From positions 280,984 to 344,983 of the forward strand of contig NZ_CP047901.1 in the NCBI RefSeq assembly GCF_009936135.1: DNA of 64,000 nt, in the 5' to 3' direction. The DNA comes from Candidatus Chazhemtobacterium aquaticus (GTDB taxonomy: Bacteria; Patescibacteriota; Microgenomatia; UBA1400; Chazhemtobacteraceae). Below are positions 41,317 to 49,955 of the stretch, in pieces; the stretch's first letter is position 1; the number at the start of each line of letters is the position of its first letter. The position numbers and the translations under genes are program-made. Below the pieces are notes generated by a model. That model was given only the letters and a program-made list of their open reading frames with translations, searched no databases and had not been told where the DNA came from.

Positions 41317-41721
41317 ATGCCACGTATCGCCGGAGTTGACATCCCTAACGACAAACCTATCAAGATATCTCTTACCTATATCTATGGAGTGGGTCATGCT
41401 ACCGCCTCCAAGATTCTTTCCGAGCTTAAAATCAACCCCGACCTTAAGGCCAACAAGCTTACTAACAGCCAAATTCAGTCTATCGCTAATTGGCTGGATC
41501 GTCTTCCAACTGAGGGAGATCTCAAAAAGATTGTTCGTGACAATATCCAACGTCTCAAAAGAATTGGCTCTTACCGCGGACTTCGTCACATGGCCGGTCT
41601 TCCTAGTCGCGGCCAAAGAACTCGCACTAATGCTCGCAGCATTCGTGGCCGTCGTAAAACTATCGGCGCCATGACCAAAGAAATGCGCCAAAAAATGGAA
41701 ACAGTTACCCCTACTAAATAA
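41317..41721 (+). CDS. rpsM: 30S ribosomal protein S13
   Basis: MPRIAGVDIPNDKPIKISLTYIYGVGHATASKIL. Confidence 0.95.
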   Translation: MPRIAGVDIPNDKPIKISLTYIYGVGHATASKILSELKINPDLKANKLTNSQIQSIANWLDRLPTEGDLKKIVRDNIQRLKRIGSYRGLRHMAGLPSRGQRTRTNARSIRGRRKTIGAMTKEMRQKMETVTPTK

Positions 41722-41726
41722 TCGCT

Positions 41727-42149
41727 ATGCCAAAAGCTAACCAAAAAACCACTAAAACTAAAAACACTACCAAACCGACAGGCAGTAAATCTACACCCCA
41801 GTTAACCACCTCTGGACGCATGTACATCAAAGCGACTTTTAATAACACGCTAGTCACTTTCACAGATGATAGGGGTAACGTTATCTCCTGGACAAATACT
41901 GGTAGTGTTGGCTTTAAGGGTACTCGCAAATCTACCCCCTACGCTGCGACCACCACTATCGAGGAGGCCATCAAAAAAGCTAAGGAGAAAGGTATTAACT
42001 CAATTCAGGTTTACGTTAAAGGACCTGGTCCTGGCCGAGATGCAGTTTTGCGTGTGCTACGCAACTCAGGCCTAGATATCAATATGATTGCTGACGTTAC
42101 TCCCATCCCTCATAATGGTTGCCGACCCAAGAAACCCCGTCGCGCTTAA
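41727..42149 (+). CDS. rpsK: 30S ribosomal protein S11
   Basis: ...ATFNNTLVTFTDDRGNVISWTNTGSVGFKGTRKSTPYAA. Confidence 0.95.
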   Translation: MPKANQKTTKTKNTTKPTGSKSTPQLTTSGRMYIKATFNNTLVTFTDDRGNVISWTNTGSVGFKGTRKSTPYAATTTIEEAIKKAKEKGINSIQVYVKGPGPGRDAVLRVLRNSGLDINMIADVTPIPHNGCRPKKPRRA

Positions 42150-42179
42150 TTAATTATTTTTAAACAAAACTAAACAATT

Positions 42180-42782
42180 ATGGCTAAATACACCGGACCC
42201 AGACACAGACTATGTCGCCGAGAAGGCGTACGCATGTGTAATGCCAAAAAATGTCCTCTAGATCGCAAAGGTGCTCAACCACCAGGACAGCATGGCCGTA
42301 AGTTTGCCGGTCGAGTCTCCGATTATGGTACTCAGCTTCGCGAGAAACAAAAAGTTAAACGTATTTATGGTGTTCTTGAAAAACAATTTCGTCGATATTA
42401 CAACCAAGCTCTTAAAACAGAATCCAACACCGGATTACGACTCCTTCAACTTCTCGAAACTAGGCTCGACAATATTGTTTTTCGCTCCCAATTTGCCCCT
42501 TCTCGCCGCACCGCTCGCCAGTTAGTCAATCACGGTCACGTTCTCGTTGATGGTCAAAAAGTCACCATTCCGTCATTCCAGCTAAAACCAGGCCAAACCA
42601 TTACTCTTAAACCAAAAACTCTTAAACTAGATCTTGTTACTGAGTCCCTTAATAGCAAGGACAAACCACCTACTTGGATCAAGCGCAAGGCAACTGTTTC
42701 ACAACTCGATCGACTCCCCGATCGCGATGACTTAAGTCAAGATATCAATGAACAATTAATTATCGAATTCTATTCACGTTAA
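42180..42782 (+). CDS. rpsD: 30S ribosomal protein S4
   Basis: MAKYTGPRHRLCRREG...RLDNIVFRSQFAPSRRTARQLVNHGHVLVDGQKV. Confidence 0.95.
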   Translation: MAKYTGPRHRLCRREGVRMCNAKKCPLDRKGAQPPGQHGRKFAGRVSDYGTQLREKQKVKRIYGVLEKQFRRYYNQALKTESNTGLRLLQLLETRLDNIVFRSQFAPSRRTARQLVNHGHVLVDGQKVTIPSFQLKPGQTITLKPKTLKLDLVTESLNSKDKPPTWIKRKATVSQLDRLPDRDDLSQDINEQLIIEFYSR

Positions 42783-42828
42783 GGATCAACTGTTATAATC
42801 TTTTGATTCTCAACGAATAAATTTATCC

Positions 42829-43737
42829 ATGCAAAATCCAAACTTCAAACTAAATCTCACCGAAGAAAAAGGTAACTTCGCCGAAATTCATATCACTCCT
42901 TTAGAAAAAGGCTTTGGTCACACTCTGGGTAACGCTCTTCGCCGCGTACTCCTGGGTAATCTGGAAGGGTCAGCCGCTACTCATGTCAAGATCGACGGTG
43001 TCCGTCATCAATTTAGCACTCTATCTGGTTTACAGGAAAACATCATTGACTTCATCCTCAATCTCAAAGGTGTTTATTTCAAAACTGAGGGCGACGGACC
43101 TTTCACTGTCAAAATTGACTCAAAAGAAAAAACCACCCTCACTGCCGGTGATCTAGTTTGTCCAGCCGGAGTTTCCGTCACCAATCCAGAACACGTCTTA
43201 GCTCACATCAGTGGTCCCAAAATGGCTCTTAAGGGTCAAATAACTGTCGCTAAAGGCATTGGTTACTCTCCCGCAGACGAACACAACACCGACGAAATTG
43301 GACTTATCCCAGTTGACTCCATCTTTACTCCGGTTATTAAGGCCAACTATCTTGTCGAGTCTACTCGTGTTGGTCGTCGAACCGACCTTGACATGATCCG
43401 CCTCATGGTTGAAACCAACGGCACCATCACTCCTCTAGAGGCTGTGAAGAACGCTGCAGAGATTCTTTCCGCCTATTTCACTCAAATCTTTGACCCCACT
43501 TTTACCGAGGAAGAAACCGTTAAAACCAGTTTAGTTACTGGTGATGACCAATCCATCGAAGAGTTAGGGCTCCCCACTCGAGTGACTAATGCTCTTAAAA
43601 AAGGTGGATTTGTCAAACTTAACGATTTCTCATCTGCTTCATATGACGATCTACTTAAGGTTAAAAATTTAGGTGAAAAATCTGTCAAAGATATTATCAA
43701 AAAGCTTGAAAAAAAGGGTATTCAAGTAACAAAATAA
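42829..43737 (+). CDS. rpoA: DNA-directed RNA polymerase subunit alpha
   Basis: N-terminal domain (PLEKGFGHTLGNALRRVLL) and C-terminal domain (LGLPTRVTNALKKGGFVKLNDF). Confidence 0.9.
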   Translation: MQNPNFKLNLTEEKGNFAEIHITPLEKGFGHTLGNALRRVLLGNLEGSAATHVKIDGVRHQFSTLSGLQENIIDFILNLKGVYFKTEGDGPFTVKIDSKEKTTLTAGDLVCPAGVSVTNPEHVLAHISGPKMALKGQITVAKGIGYSPADEHNTDEIGLIPVDSIFTPVIKANYLVESTRVGRRTDLDMIRLMVETNGTITPLEAVKNAAEILSAYFTQIFDPTFTEEETVKTSLVTGDDQSIEELGLPTRVTNALKKGGFVKLNDFSSASYDDLLKVKNLGEKSVKDIIKKLEKKGIQVTK

Positions 43738-43741
43738 TCTT

Positions 43742-44194
43742 ATGTCTCGACACCGCCTTAATGGCCGTAAACTAGGCCGCAACACCAATCAGCGCAAAGC
43801 TTTATTCAAAGGGTTGCTTAATTCTCTTATCATTCAAGAAGAGTTAAAAACTACTCAGACGAAAGCCAAAGCTGTCCAACGTCTCTTTGATCAACTGGTT
43901 ACCAAAGCTAAGCCATCCACTGTTCACGCTCGTCGCCTTCTCCACGCTTTCTTAGGTAACAAAAGTTCAGTCAATAAACTCGTCGACGACTTAACTAAGC
44001 GTTTTGGACATAGACAATCCGGTTTTACCCGTGTTACCAAGCTCGGTCTTCGCCGTGGCGACAATGCTCAAATCGTCAAACTTGAACTTGTTGACAAGTC
44101 TTCTCCTGACCTTAAACAAACTCAGAAAAGTACCAACTCTCCCAAGAAACCAACCAAAAAAACCTCAAAAACTAGCACAAAATCCAGTAAATAA
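43742..44194 (+). CDS. rplQ: 50S ribosomal protein L17 (K-rich C-terminal extension)
   Basis: MSRHRLNGRKLGRNTNQRKALFKGL... Tail ...QKSTNSPKKPTKKTSKTSTKSSK. Confidence 0.9.
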   Translation: MSRHRLNGRKLGRNTNQRKALFKGLLNSLIIQEELKTTQTKAKAVQRLFDQLVTKAKPSTVHARRLLHAFLGNKSSVNKLVDDLTKRFGHRQSGFTRVTKLGLRRGDNAQIVKLELVDKSSPDLKQTQKSTNSPKKPTKKTSKTSTKSSK

Positions 44195-44208
44195 ATCATA
44201 ACTTACCC

Positions 44209-44625
44209 ATGAATACACCATCAACTAAAGCATCAGACATCAGTCGCAACTGGCACCTTATTGACCTCAAAGGCCAAGTTCTTGGTCGCACTGCTTCTCA
44301 AATTGCCCAGCTTCTTGTTGGTAAACACAAACCTAATCAACACGATAATCTCGACGGTGGTGATTATGTTGTCGCTATCAACTCTGACTTAATAAAGGTT
44401 ACCGGAAACAAACTCATCAACAAAAAATACTATCGTCATTCTGGCTATCCTGGTGGATTAAAATCAGCCACTCTGTCTGAAAAAATGTCCAAAGACTCTC
44501 GTAAAGTCATCGAACTGGCCGTCAAGGGCATGCTCCCAAAAAACAAATTTCAGACCAATAGATTAAGACGCCTCAAAGTATTTACTGATGACCAACATCC
44601 TTATCAAGCACAAATCAAATCCTAA
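44209..44625 (+). CDS. rplM: 50S ribosomal protein L13
   Basis: WHLIDLKGQVLGRTASQIAQLLVGKHKP... Confidence 0.9.
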   Translation: MNTPSTKASDISRNWHLIDLKGQVLGRTASQIAQLLVGKHKPNQHDNLDGGDYVVAINSDLIKVTGNKLINKKYYRHSGYPGGLKSATLSEKMSKDSRKVIELAVKGMLPKNKFQTNRLRRLKVFTDDQHPYQAQIKS

Positions 44626-44627
44626 CC

Positions 44628-45044
44628 ATGGCTACTAAATCAACTAAGAAAAATTACATTCAGGCTACCGGTCGTCGCAAAACCGCTGTCGCTCGGGTCA
44701 GACTAATTGAAAGCAAAAAAGAAATTACAGTTAACAATATTCCTGCATCTCAATACTGGCCAAGTAGTACCTTTGCCTCTCTTTACTCCGAGCCCCTCAT
44801 TACCACCAATACTCACAAAAAATACTCAGCCACTGCTAAAATTACAGGCTCAGGTAAACAATCCCAACTTGACGCCTTTATTCATGGTTTGAGTCGAGCC
44901 CTTGTCCAGGTTAATCCAGAACGTTTCCGTCCCATTCTCAAAAAGAAAGGCTTTCTGACTCGTGATTCTCGCATGAAGGAAACCAGGAAAATTGGTTCTT
45001 CTGGAAGCAAGGCTCGTTCAAAACGCCAATCACCAAAGCGGTAA
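44628..45044 (+). CDS. rpsI: 30S ribosomal protein S9
   Basis: YIQATGRRKTAVARVRL... C-terminal ...GSSGSKARSKRQSPKR. Confidence 0.9.
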   Translation: MATKSTKKNYIQATGRRKTAVARVRLIESKKEITVNNIPASQYWPSSTFASLYSEPLITTNTHKKYSATAKITGSGKQSQLDAFIHGLSRALVQVNPERFRPILKKKGFLTRDSRMKETRKIGSSGSKARSKRQSPKR

Positions 45045-45066
45045 TCGCTCTTCTTCTCCAACCAAA

Positions 45067-45564
45067 TCATTCTAGCGCTTTCAATCTCTGCCCATAGGTA
45101 GTGTGATCACTCTCTATCTCCCCTCTTATTTCCTCCCAATCGCTCACTATCTTCTTAACTCGATGGTGTTCTCCCACTTTGGCTCCTTTGCGTGTCAAAT
45201 CATATGGACTCCATTCTCCAGAACCAGGTTCCTTAACTAACAACCAGGCGTGATCCACCGAGTTCTCATCCTCACCGTGTACCTTCTTAACCTCATAACC
45301 CATTGTTTTAAGCATCTCAGCTCCAATATTTGTCATTGCACCACAAGACAGTGCCCCATTGTCAAAAGCCTCGTCAACTGGCATAAATCTAGACTCTAAA
45401 ATACTTTGAGGTTCGATTCGTTCCGGTAACGACATAGCGTGCTCCACAATTATTTTTTGGACTTTCAACACTCTACTCTCAAGACCCTCCACCCGCTCCT
45501 TAACTCTATTAGCCAACTCTACCAAGTCTACTTCATTCATACTTATTTCTGTTTGACTCTCCAT
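45067..45564 (-). CDS. transglutaminase-like (papain-fold Cys-His-Asp) domain protein with an N-terminal coiled-coil segment
   Basis: GALSCGAMTNIGAEMLKTMGYEVKKVHG ... VDHAWLLVKEPGSGEWSPYDLT matches the C...HAW...D spacing of transglutaminase-like cores. Lone - strand gene between rpsI and the tRNA. Confidence 0.4.
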   Translation of the reverse strand: MESQTEISMNEVDLVELANRVKERVEGLESRVLKVQKIIVEHAMSLPERIEPQSILESRFMPVDEAFDNGALSCGAMTNIGAEMLKTMGYEVKKVHGEDENSVDHAWLLVKEPGSGEWSPYDLTRKGAKVGEHHRVKKIVSDWEEIRGEIESDHTTYGQRLKALE

Positions 45565-45602
45565 GGTCGGTTAAACTCTGAACTGCTCTCAAAAAACTAA
45601 CC

Positions 45603-45870
45603 TTGTCGCAATTGCTGAACGCCGCTCGAACCTTTTTTGAGCGACAATCTGCGCCCTGACGGGCGCAGAACCCGCCCAGCGGCTCGCCGCCTGACGGCGG
45701 CCAGCAAAGCCCGTAAAAATTGACAAATCTTTTAGGGGGCGCGCGCAAAATTCTTTTTCAATTAAGGAAACAATTTTTGCGGGCTTTGCTTCCTTGCTGA
45801 CGCAAGGATGAGCCGCTTCCCACCCTTGCCGCGCCAGCGGCGCGGAGCGAGCCATCCTTCTCGCCTCAAA
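45603..45870. ncRNA. unclassified GC-rich, highly structured element (candidate ncRNA or repeat element) adjacent to tRNA-Pro
   Basis: Three perfect hairpins share a TGAC loop: tctgcgccc-TGAC-gggcgcaga, gccgcc-TGAC-ggcggc and tccttgc-TGAC-gcaagga. A 20-bp long-range helix pairs agcaaagcccgtaaaaattg (45703-45722) with caatttttgcgggctttgct (45771-45790). Further GC hairpins include ccgcgcc-agc-ggcgcgg. The base composition is visibly different from the flanks. Confidence 0.3.
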
Positions 45871-45887
45871 AAACCGAAAGTCAATTA

Positions 45888-45961
45888 TGGTCGGGCTGCT
45901 CGGAATCGAACCGAGGCTAGATGCACCCCATGCACCCGTACTACCACTATACGACAGCCCG
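45888..45961 (-). tRNA. tRNA-Pro (anticodon GGG), CCA encoded
   Basis: Minus-strand cloverleaf CGGGCUG-UC-GUAU-AGUGGUA-GUAC-G-GGUGC-AUGGGGU-GCAUC-UAGC-CUCGG-UUCGAUU-CCGAG-CAGCCCG-A-CCA, with a 7-bp acceptor stem and a TΨC loop. Anticodon loop AU-GGG-GU. Confidence 0.65.
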
Positions 45962-46136
45962 ATGGTGATTTCATACAAAATCACTTGATTAAACCCCATT
46001 TTACCACCTCCACCCACGAACCGCACCCTTGACAGTTTCGGGTAATCTTTGGTTAACTAGATTTATGTCCTTTTCCTCTGCAGCTGCACGTGTTACTATC
46101 CACCTAAATTATTCATAACCTTTAGCAAAAACTACT

Positions 46137-47240
46137 ATGCCAAAAAGAGGCCGACCCAAAAAAGACAACTCTGTCCCTTCGACTTCAAAAAATAGCCAAG
46201 ATCAACTTCGACAACAAAAAATCGAGGCTTTACAAATTGCCATGCAACAAATTGATAAACAATTTGGCGCTGGGTCAATTATGAAGCTGGGTGAAGCTGG
46301 TCACACCAATCATGTTGACGCCATCCCCACCGGTGCTATTGCTCTTGATATTGCCCTAGGCGTCGGCGGCCTGCCTCGTGGGCGCATTATCGAGGTCTAT
46401 GGACCAGAAGCCTCGGGAAAGACCACCCTTTGTCTTCACGTTATTGCTGAAGCTCAGTCCAAAGGTGGTACTGCCGCCTTTATCGATGCCGAACATGCCC
46501 TGGACCCTCAACGTGCCCGAGCCATCGGTGTCGACATTGACAATCTTCTTCTCTCCCAACCAGACACCGGCGAACAAGCCCTAGAGATCGCCGAGACCTT
46601 AATTCGCTCAGGAGCCATAGATATTGTCGTTGTTGACTCTGTCGCTGCCCTAGTTCCCAAAGCCGAGATAGAGGGAGAGATGGGTGACTCCCAGGTTGGT
46701 CTCCAGGCTCGCCTCATGAGCCAGGCCATGCGTAAACTAGCTGGTGCCATTAACAAGAGTAAAACTATGCTTGTCTTTACCAATCAATTACGAGAAAAGA
46801 TCGGTATCATGTTCGGGAATCCTGAAGTCACCCCTGGCGGACGCGCTCTTAAGTTCTATTCCTCAATCCGTATCGACATGAGAAAGATTGGCAACATCCA
46901 AGAAGGTGACCAAATTATTGGTTCACGTCATCGTGCCAAAGTGGTCAAGAATAAAGTGGCTCCTCCTTTTCGGGTGGCTGAGTTTGACATTATGAATCAG
47001 GGCGGTATCTCAAAAGTCGGCAATATTATTGATGTCGCCGTCGAGCAAGGTATTATTGAAAAATCGGGAGCATTCTTAAAATACCAAGGCAATGTCATCG
47101 CCCAAGGTCGTGAAGCAAGTAAAGAAGTTCTCCTTGAGAACCAAAAACTACTTAAAACCATTGAAAAAGAGATCTTCGCTAAATTAGATCTCCCCAGCAA
47201 AGCCGCTCCTCCCTCCATAGGAATAGCTTCAGAAGATTAA
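46137..47240 (+). CDS. recA: recombinase RecA with an N-terminal AT-hook-like extension
   Basis: [21 protein letters not shown], Walker [11 protein letters not shown], and the L1/L2 loop regions. The first ~25 aa [20 protein letters not shown] carry an RGRP AT-hook-like motif. Confidence 0.9.
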   Translation: MPKRGRPKKDNSVPSTSKNSQDQLRQQKIEALQIAMQQIDKQFGAGSIMKLGEAGHTNHVDAIPTGAIALDIALGVGGLPRGRIIEVYGPEASGKTTLCLHVIAEAQSKGGTAAFIDAEHALDPQRARAIGVDIDNLLLSQPDTGEQALEIAETLIRSGAIDIVVVDSVAALVPKAEIEGEMGDSQVGLQARLMSQAMRKLAGAINKSKTMLVFTNQLREKIGIMFGNPEVTPGGRALKFYSSIRIDMRKIGNIQEGDQIIGSRHRAKVVKNKVAPPFRVAEFDIMNQGGISKVGNIIDVAVEQGIIEKSGAFLKYQGNVIAQGREASKEVLLENQKLLKTIEKEIFAKLDLPSKAAPPSIGIASED

Positions 47241-47241
47241 A

Positions 47242-47883
47242 GTGTCAACCATCACTCGTCTGGTTTACTCCAAATCCGGTAACTCTGTTCGCATATATAT
47301 CGATGATAAATATGCTTTTTCGCTTTCACCAAATGAAGTAGTCAGACAGAAAATCGACAAAGACCAGGTCATATCACCCAGCAAGCTTAAGCAACTCAAA
47401 CATAGCGGCGACTATGAAAAAAACTATCTTAAAGCCCTCAATTTAATTTCATATAGACCTCGCTCGACCCGGGAGATCAAACAATATCTTCATCGCAACT
47501 CAGTTTCTCCCATTGTCATCTCCCAAATTATCTCCACACTCAAGAAACAAAACTATCTTAACGATTCTGATTTTGCTCTCGCTTACGCCAAAACCAAAGT
47601 TAAACTTAAAAACTACGGTCCATATCGTCTTCAGTCAGAACTCTCTGCCAAAGGTATATCCGACTCTCTTATTTCGCAAACAATAGACACCCTGTTCTCT
47701 GATCAAGACACTCTCATTTCTCAAGCACGCTTGGCTCTCAATAAAAAAACCAAGGCTTTCTACTCCCTCCCGGCATTCGAGTTTAAGCGCAAGGCCACTC
47801 AATATCTTTACCGCTTGGGTTATGACCCGGATACTATCAATCGCGCCATATCCTCAATTGACGAAAATCCACTAAAACGGTAA
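47242..47883 (+). CDS. recX: RecX-like regulatory protein
   Basis: 213 aa helical-repeat protein immediately after recA. GTG start overlapping the recA stop. Tandem three-helix repeats (e.g. KNYLKALNLISYRPRSTREIKQYL). Confidence 0.55.
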   Translation: MSTITRLVYSKSGNSVRIYIDDKYAFSLSPNEVVRQKIDKDQVISPSKLKQLKHSGDYEKNYLKALNLISYRPRSTREIKQYLHRNSVSPIVISQIISTLKKQNYLNDSDFALAYAKTKVKLKNYGPYRLQSELSAKGISDSLISQTIDTLFSDQDTLISQARLALNKKTKAFYSLPAFEFKRKATQYLYRLGYDPDTINRAISSIDENPLKR

Positions 47884-48046
47884 AATATGCACCATACCTA
47901 ATCAGAGAAATATCGGGAAAATCAACCAAAACATGACTCTACTACGGCTAACAAACCCCTCAACCATATCCATATCGCTTTAAGCCAATCTTGGTTTGTA
48001 ATTTTTGTATCCTCTGCTTGGGTAATCACAAATTACCTATACTTTT

Positions 48047-49564
48047 ATGTCCATCTTTAGCCTATTTAAACCATCAGCCTCTTCGTCTCCCTTAAAACCC
48101 GCTACCCAACCCAAAACCCAACCACCAAAGACAGAAGACGTCACCACGCAACAATCTGATACCAAACAGATTGTTGAACAAGCCCAAAACAAAGCTCGAG
48201 AGATTATCTTAGAAGCCAAAGACGAAGCCTTTAAATTACGAGAAAAAGCCAGAGCCGAGGCAGAACAGCTTAAGCAATCAGCTGAAAAACTTCACCAAGA
48301 ACTTGAAGAGAAAACTCGTCGTTACACCGAGGTTAAAGCCAGGCTGGAAGAAAGAGATAGTCTGACCCAAAAACAACTTGAAATGGCCCAAAAACGTCTC
48401 GAAGAAGTTGAAAAACTAAAAACTAAACAAATAGCGGCTTTAGAGAGTATTAGTGGTCTAACCAAAGAGGAAGCTAAAAAAAGAATTCTTGAATTAGTTG
48501 AAAAAAGAAGCGTCTCCGATATAGCCAAAAGCATTAAATCAGCTGAAGAAAAGGCTAGGGCTGAAGCTGATATTAGAGCTCGTGAAATCCTAGTTGACTC
48601 AATGTATGCCGGCGCTACTGATTACGTAGCTGAGTACACCGTCACCACCATTAAGCTTCCTGACGATGAAGCTAAAGGTCGCATTATCGGAAAAGAGGGT
48701 CGCAACATCAGGGCTTTTGAAAAGTACTCCGGTGTTGACCTTGATATGGACGAGCCCGGTGTTATCAAGCTCTCAAGTTTTGACTCTATCAGGAGGGAAA
48801 TCGCCAGAGTTGCTCTTGAACGTCTCATTAAAGACGGCAGAATCCACCCCACTCACATTGAGGAATTCTTAAGCCGAGCTAAACGTGACATCGAAAGAGT
48901 CATCTATCAAGAGGGAGAAAAGCTTTGCCATGCCGTTGGCGTCTATGATCTGCCTCGAGAACTAGTCTCTCTTTTAGGCCGATTCAAATACCGAACCTCG
49001 TACGGGCAGAATATGATTGCCCACACACTCGAAGAAACTAAGATAGGTATCAAGCTGGCCCAAGAGGTTGGTGCTAACGTCCACATCGTCAGACTTGGTT
49101 GTCTACTCCATGATATTGGTAAAGTTGTTGAGGGAGAGGGAAGTCACGTCGAGCTTGGTGTCAAAGTTTTAAAGAAATACAACCTGCCTAAACCCGCTAT
49201 CGATGCTGTGGCCCAACACCACGAAGATGAGGAGTTTAGCTCTGTTGAATCAATCCTGGTTTATATCGCTGACGCCATATCAGGTGCCAGGCCTGGAGCT
49301 CGATATGAAAACTATGACGAATACGTCCAAAGACTTGAAAAACTAGAAGAGATTGCCACCAACCATCCATCGGTAGCTGAGGCCTATGCTATTCAAGCCG
49401 GACGAGAAGTTAGAGTTATCGTCTCTCCTGAAAAAATCTCTGATGACGCTTGTGTTAAACTAGCCTCCGACATTAAACAAGAAATCGAGGATAGTCTTAC
49501 CTATCCAGGCACCGTCAAGGTCAATGTGATTCGCGAAACCAGAGCCAGTGCTGTCGCTCAATAA
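48047..49564 (+). CDS. rny: ribonuclease Y
   Basis: Coiled-coil region, KH domain (IIGKEGRNIRAFEKYSGVDLDMDE) and HD domain (HTLEETKIGIKLAQEVGANVHIVRLGCLLHDIGK). Confidence 0.85.
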   Translation: MSIFSLFKPSASSSPLKPATQPKTQPPKTEDVTTQQSDTKQIVEQAQNKAREIILEAKDEAFKLREKARAEAEQLKQSAEKLHQELEEKTRRYTEVKARLEERDSLTQKQLEMAQKRLEEVEKLKTKQIAALESISGLTKEEAKKRILELVEKRSVSDIAKSIKSAEEKARAEADIRAREILVDSMYAGATDYVAEYTVTTIKLPDDEAKGRIIGKEGRNIRAFEKYSGVDLDMDEPGVIKLSSFDSIRREIARVALERLIKDGRIHPTHIEEFLSRAKRDIERVIYQEGEKLCHAVGVYDLPRELVSLLGRFKYRTSYGQNMIAHTLEETKIGIKLAQEVGANVHIVRLGCLLHDIGKVVEGEGSHVELGVKVLKKYNLPKPAIDAVAQHHEDEEFSSVESILVYIADAISGARPGARYENYDEYVQRLEKLEEIATNHPSVAEAYAIQAGREVRVIVSPEKISDDACVKLASDIKQEIEDSLTYPGTVKVNVIRETRASAVAQ

Positions 49565-49588
49565 CACCATTCATCAATAAATCAACCA

Positions 49589-49617
49589 TTGATTTTCCTG
49601 ATGTACCCCGTTATTAT
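49589..49617 (+). promoter_or_regulatory. sigma70-like promoter (TTGATT-17-TATTAT) upstream of the HU gene
   Basis: ttgatt at 49589-49594, 17-nt spacer, tattat at 49612-49617. A strong GAGGAGGTG SD lies downstream, before the GTG start at 49672. Confidence 0.45.
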
Positions 49618-49671
49618 TACTAACCAGTTAATACTTCTGCCCCATAGTACCCTGAGAGGAGGTGAAATTTT

Positions 49672-49947
49672 GTGACCAAACACGATCTAATTAATATTGT
49701 TTCCAAAAAAGCTCATCTAACCAAAAAGGCCGCCGGCGAGGCTGTCACCGCCTTTTTAGACGAAGTTGAAAAATCTTTAGTCAAGGGTGAGAAAGTTGTC
49801 CTTTCTGGTTTTGGTACTTTTTATGTTTCTAAAGTTGCTGATAAACAAGTCGTTCCTTTTGGTAATGAAGTTCAGCGCCAAACCGTTAAGGGACATCGAG
49901 TCATCAACTTCCGTGTCGGCAAACCTCTTAAGAAAAAAGTTTGGTAA
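49672..49947 (+). CDS. hup: DNA-binding protein HU
   Basis: MTKHDLINIVSKKAHLTKKAAGEAVTAFLDEVEKSLVKGEKVVLSGFGTFYVSK... Confidence 0.9.
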   Translation: MTKHDLINIVSKKAHLTKKAAGEAVTAFLDEVEKSLVKGEKVVLSGFGTFYVSKVADKQVVPFGNEVQRQTVKGHRVINFRVGKPLKKKVW

Positions 49948-49955
49948 GTCTGGCC

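Noticed and set aside
41311-41691. 126-aa minus-strand ORF and 112-aa + strand alternative-frame ORF (41336..41674) overlapping rpsM
   Set aside because: Both lie within the clearly conserved S13 gene (MPRIAGVDIPNDKPIKISLTYIYGVGHATASKIL). They are shadow ORFs.
45603-45880. GC-rich element as RNase P RNA (a CAGAACCCGCC stretch resembles CR-V) or as a second tRNA or tmRNA
   Set aside because: The genuine P4 pair (GAGGAAAGUCC / ACAGAAUCCGGCUUA) with P1 closure is at 53079-53400. No complementary GGCGGGU strand exists here. The neighbouring tRNA-Pro has complete D and anticodon arms, so it is not a tmRNA tRNA-like domain.
45589-46032. ORF-track calls 45589..46026 (-) and 45808..46032 (+) spanning the GC-rich element and the tRNA
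   Set aside because: The translations are Ala/Arg/Gly-rich, driven by GC content, and overlap a well-folded tRNA-Pro and the hairpin array. There is no start or RBS context. They are treated as non-coding.
46029-46057. TTGACA at 46029-46034 upstream of recA as a promoter
   Set aside because: The hexamer at the right spacing (GTTAAC/TAACTA) is a poor -10. A TGTTACTAT extended -10 lies further downstream. The assignment is too ambiguous to call, and no LexA/SOS box is recognisable.
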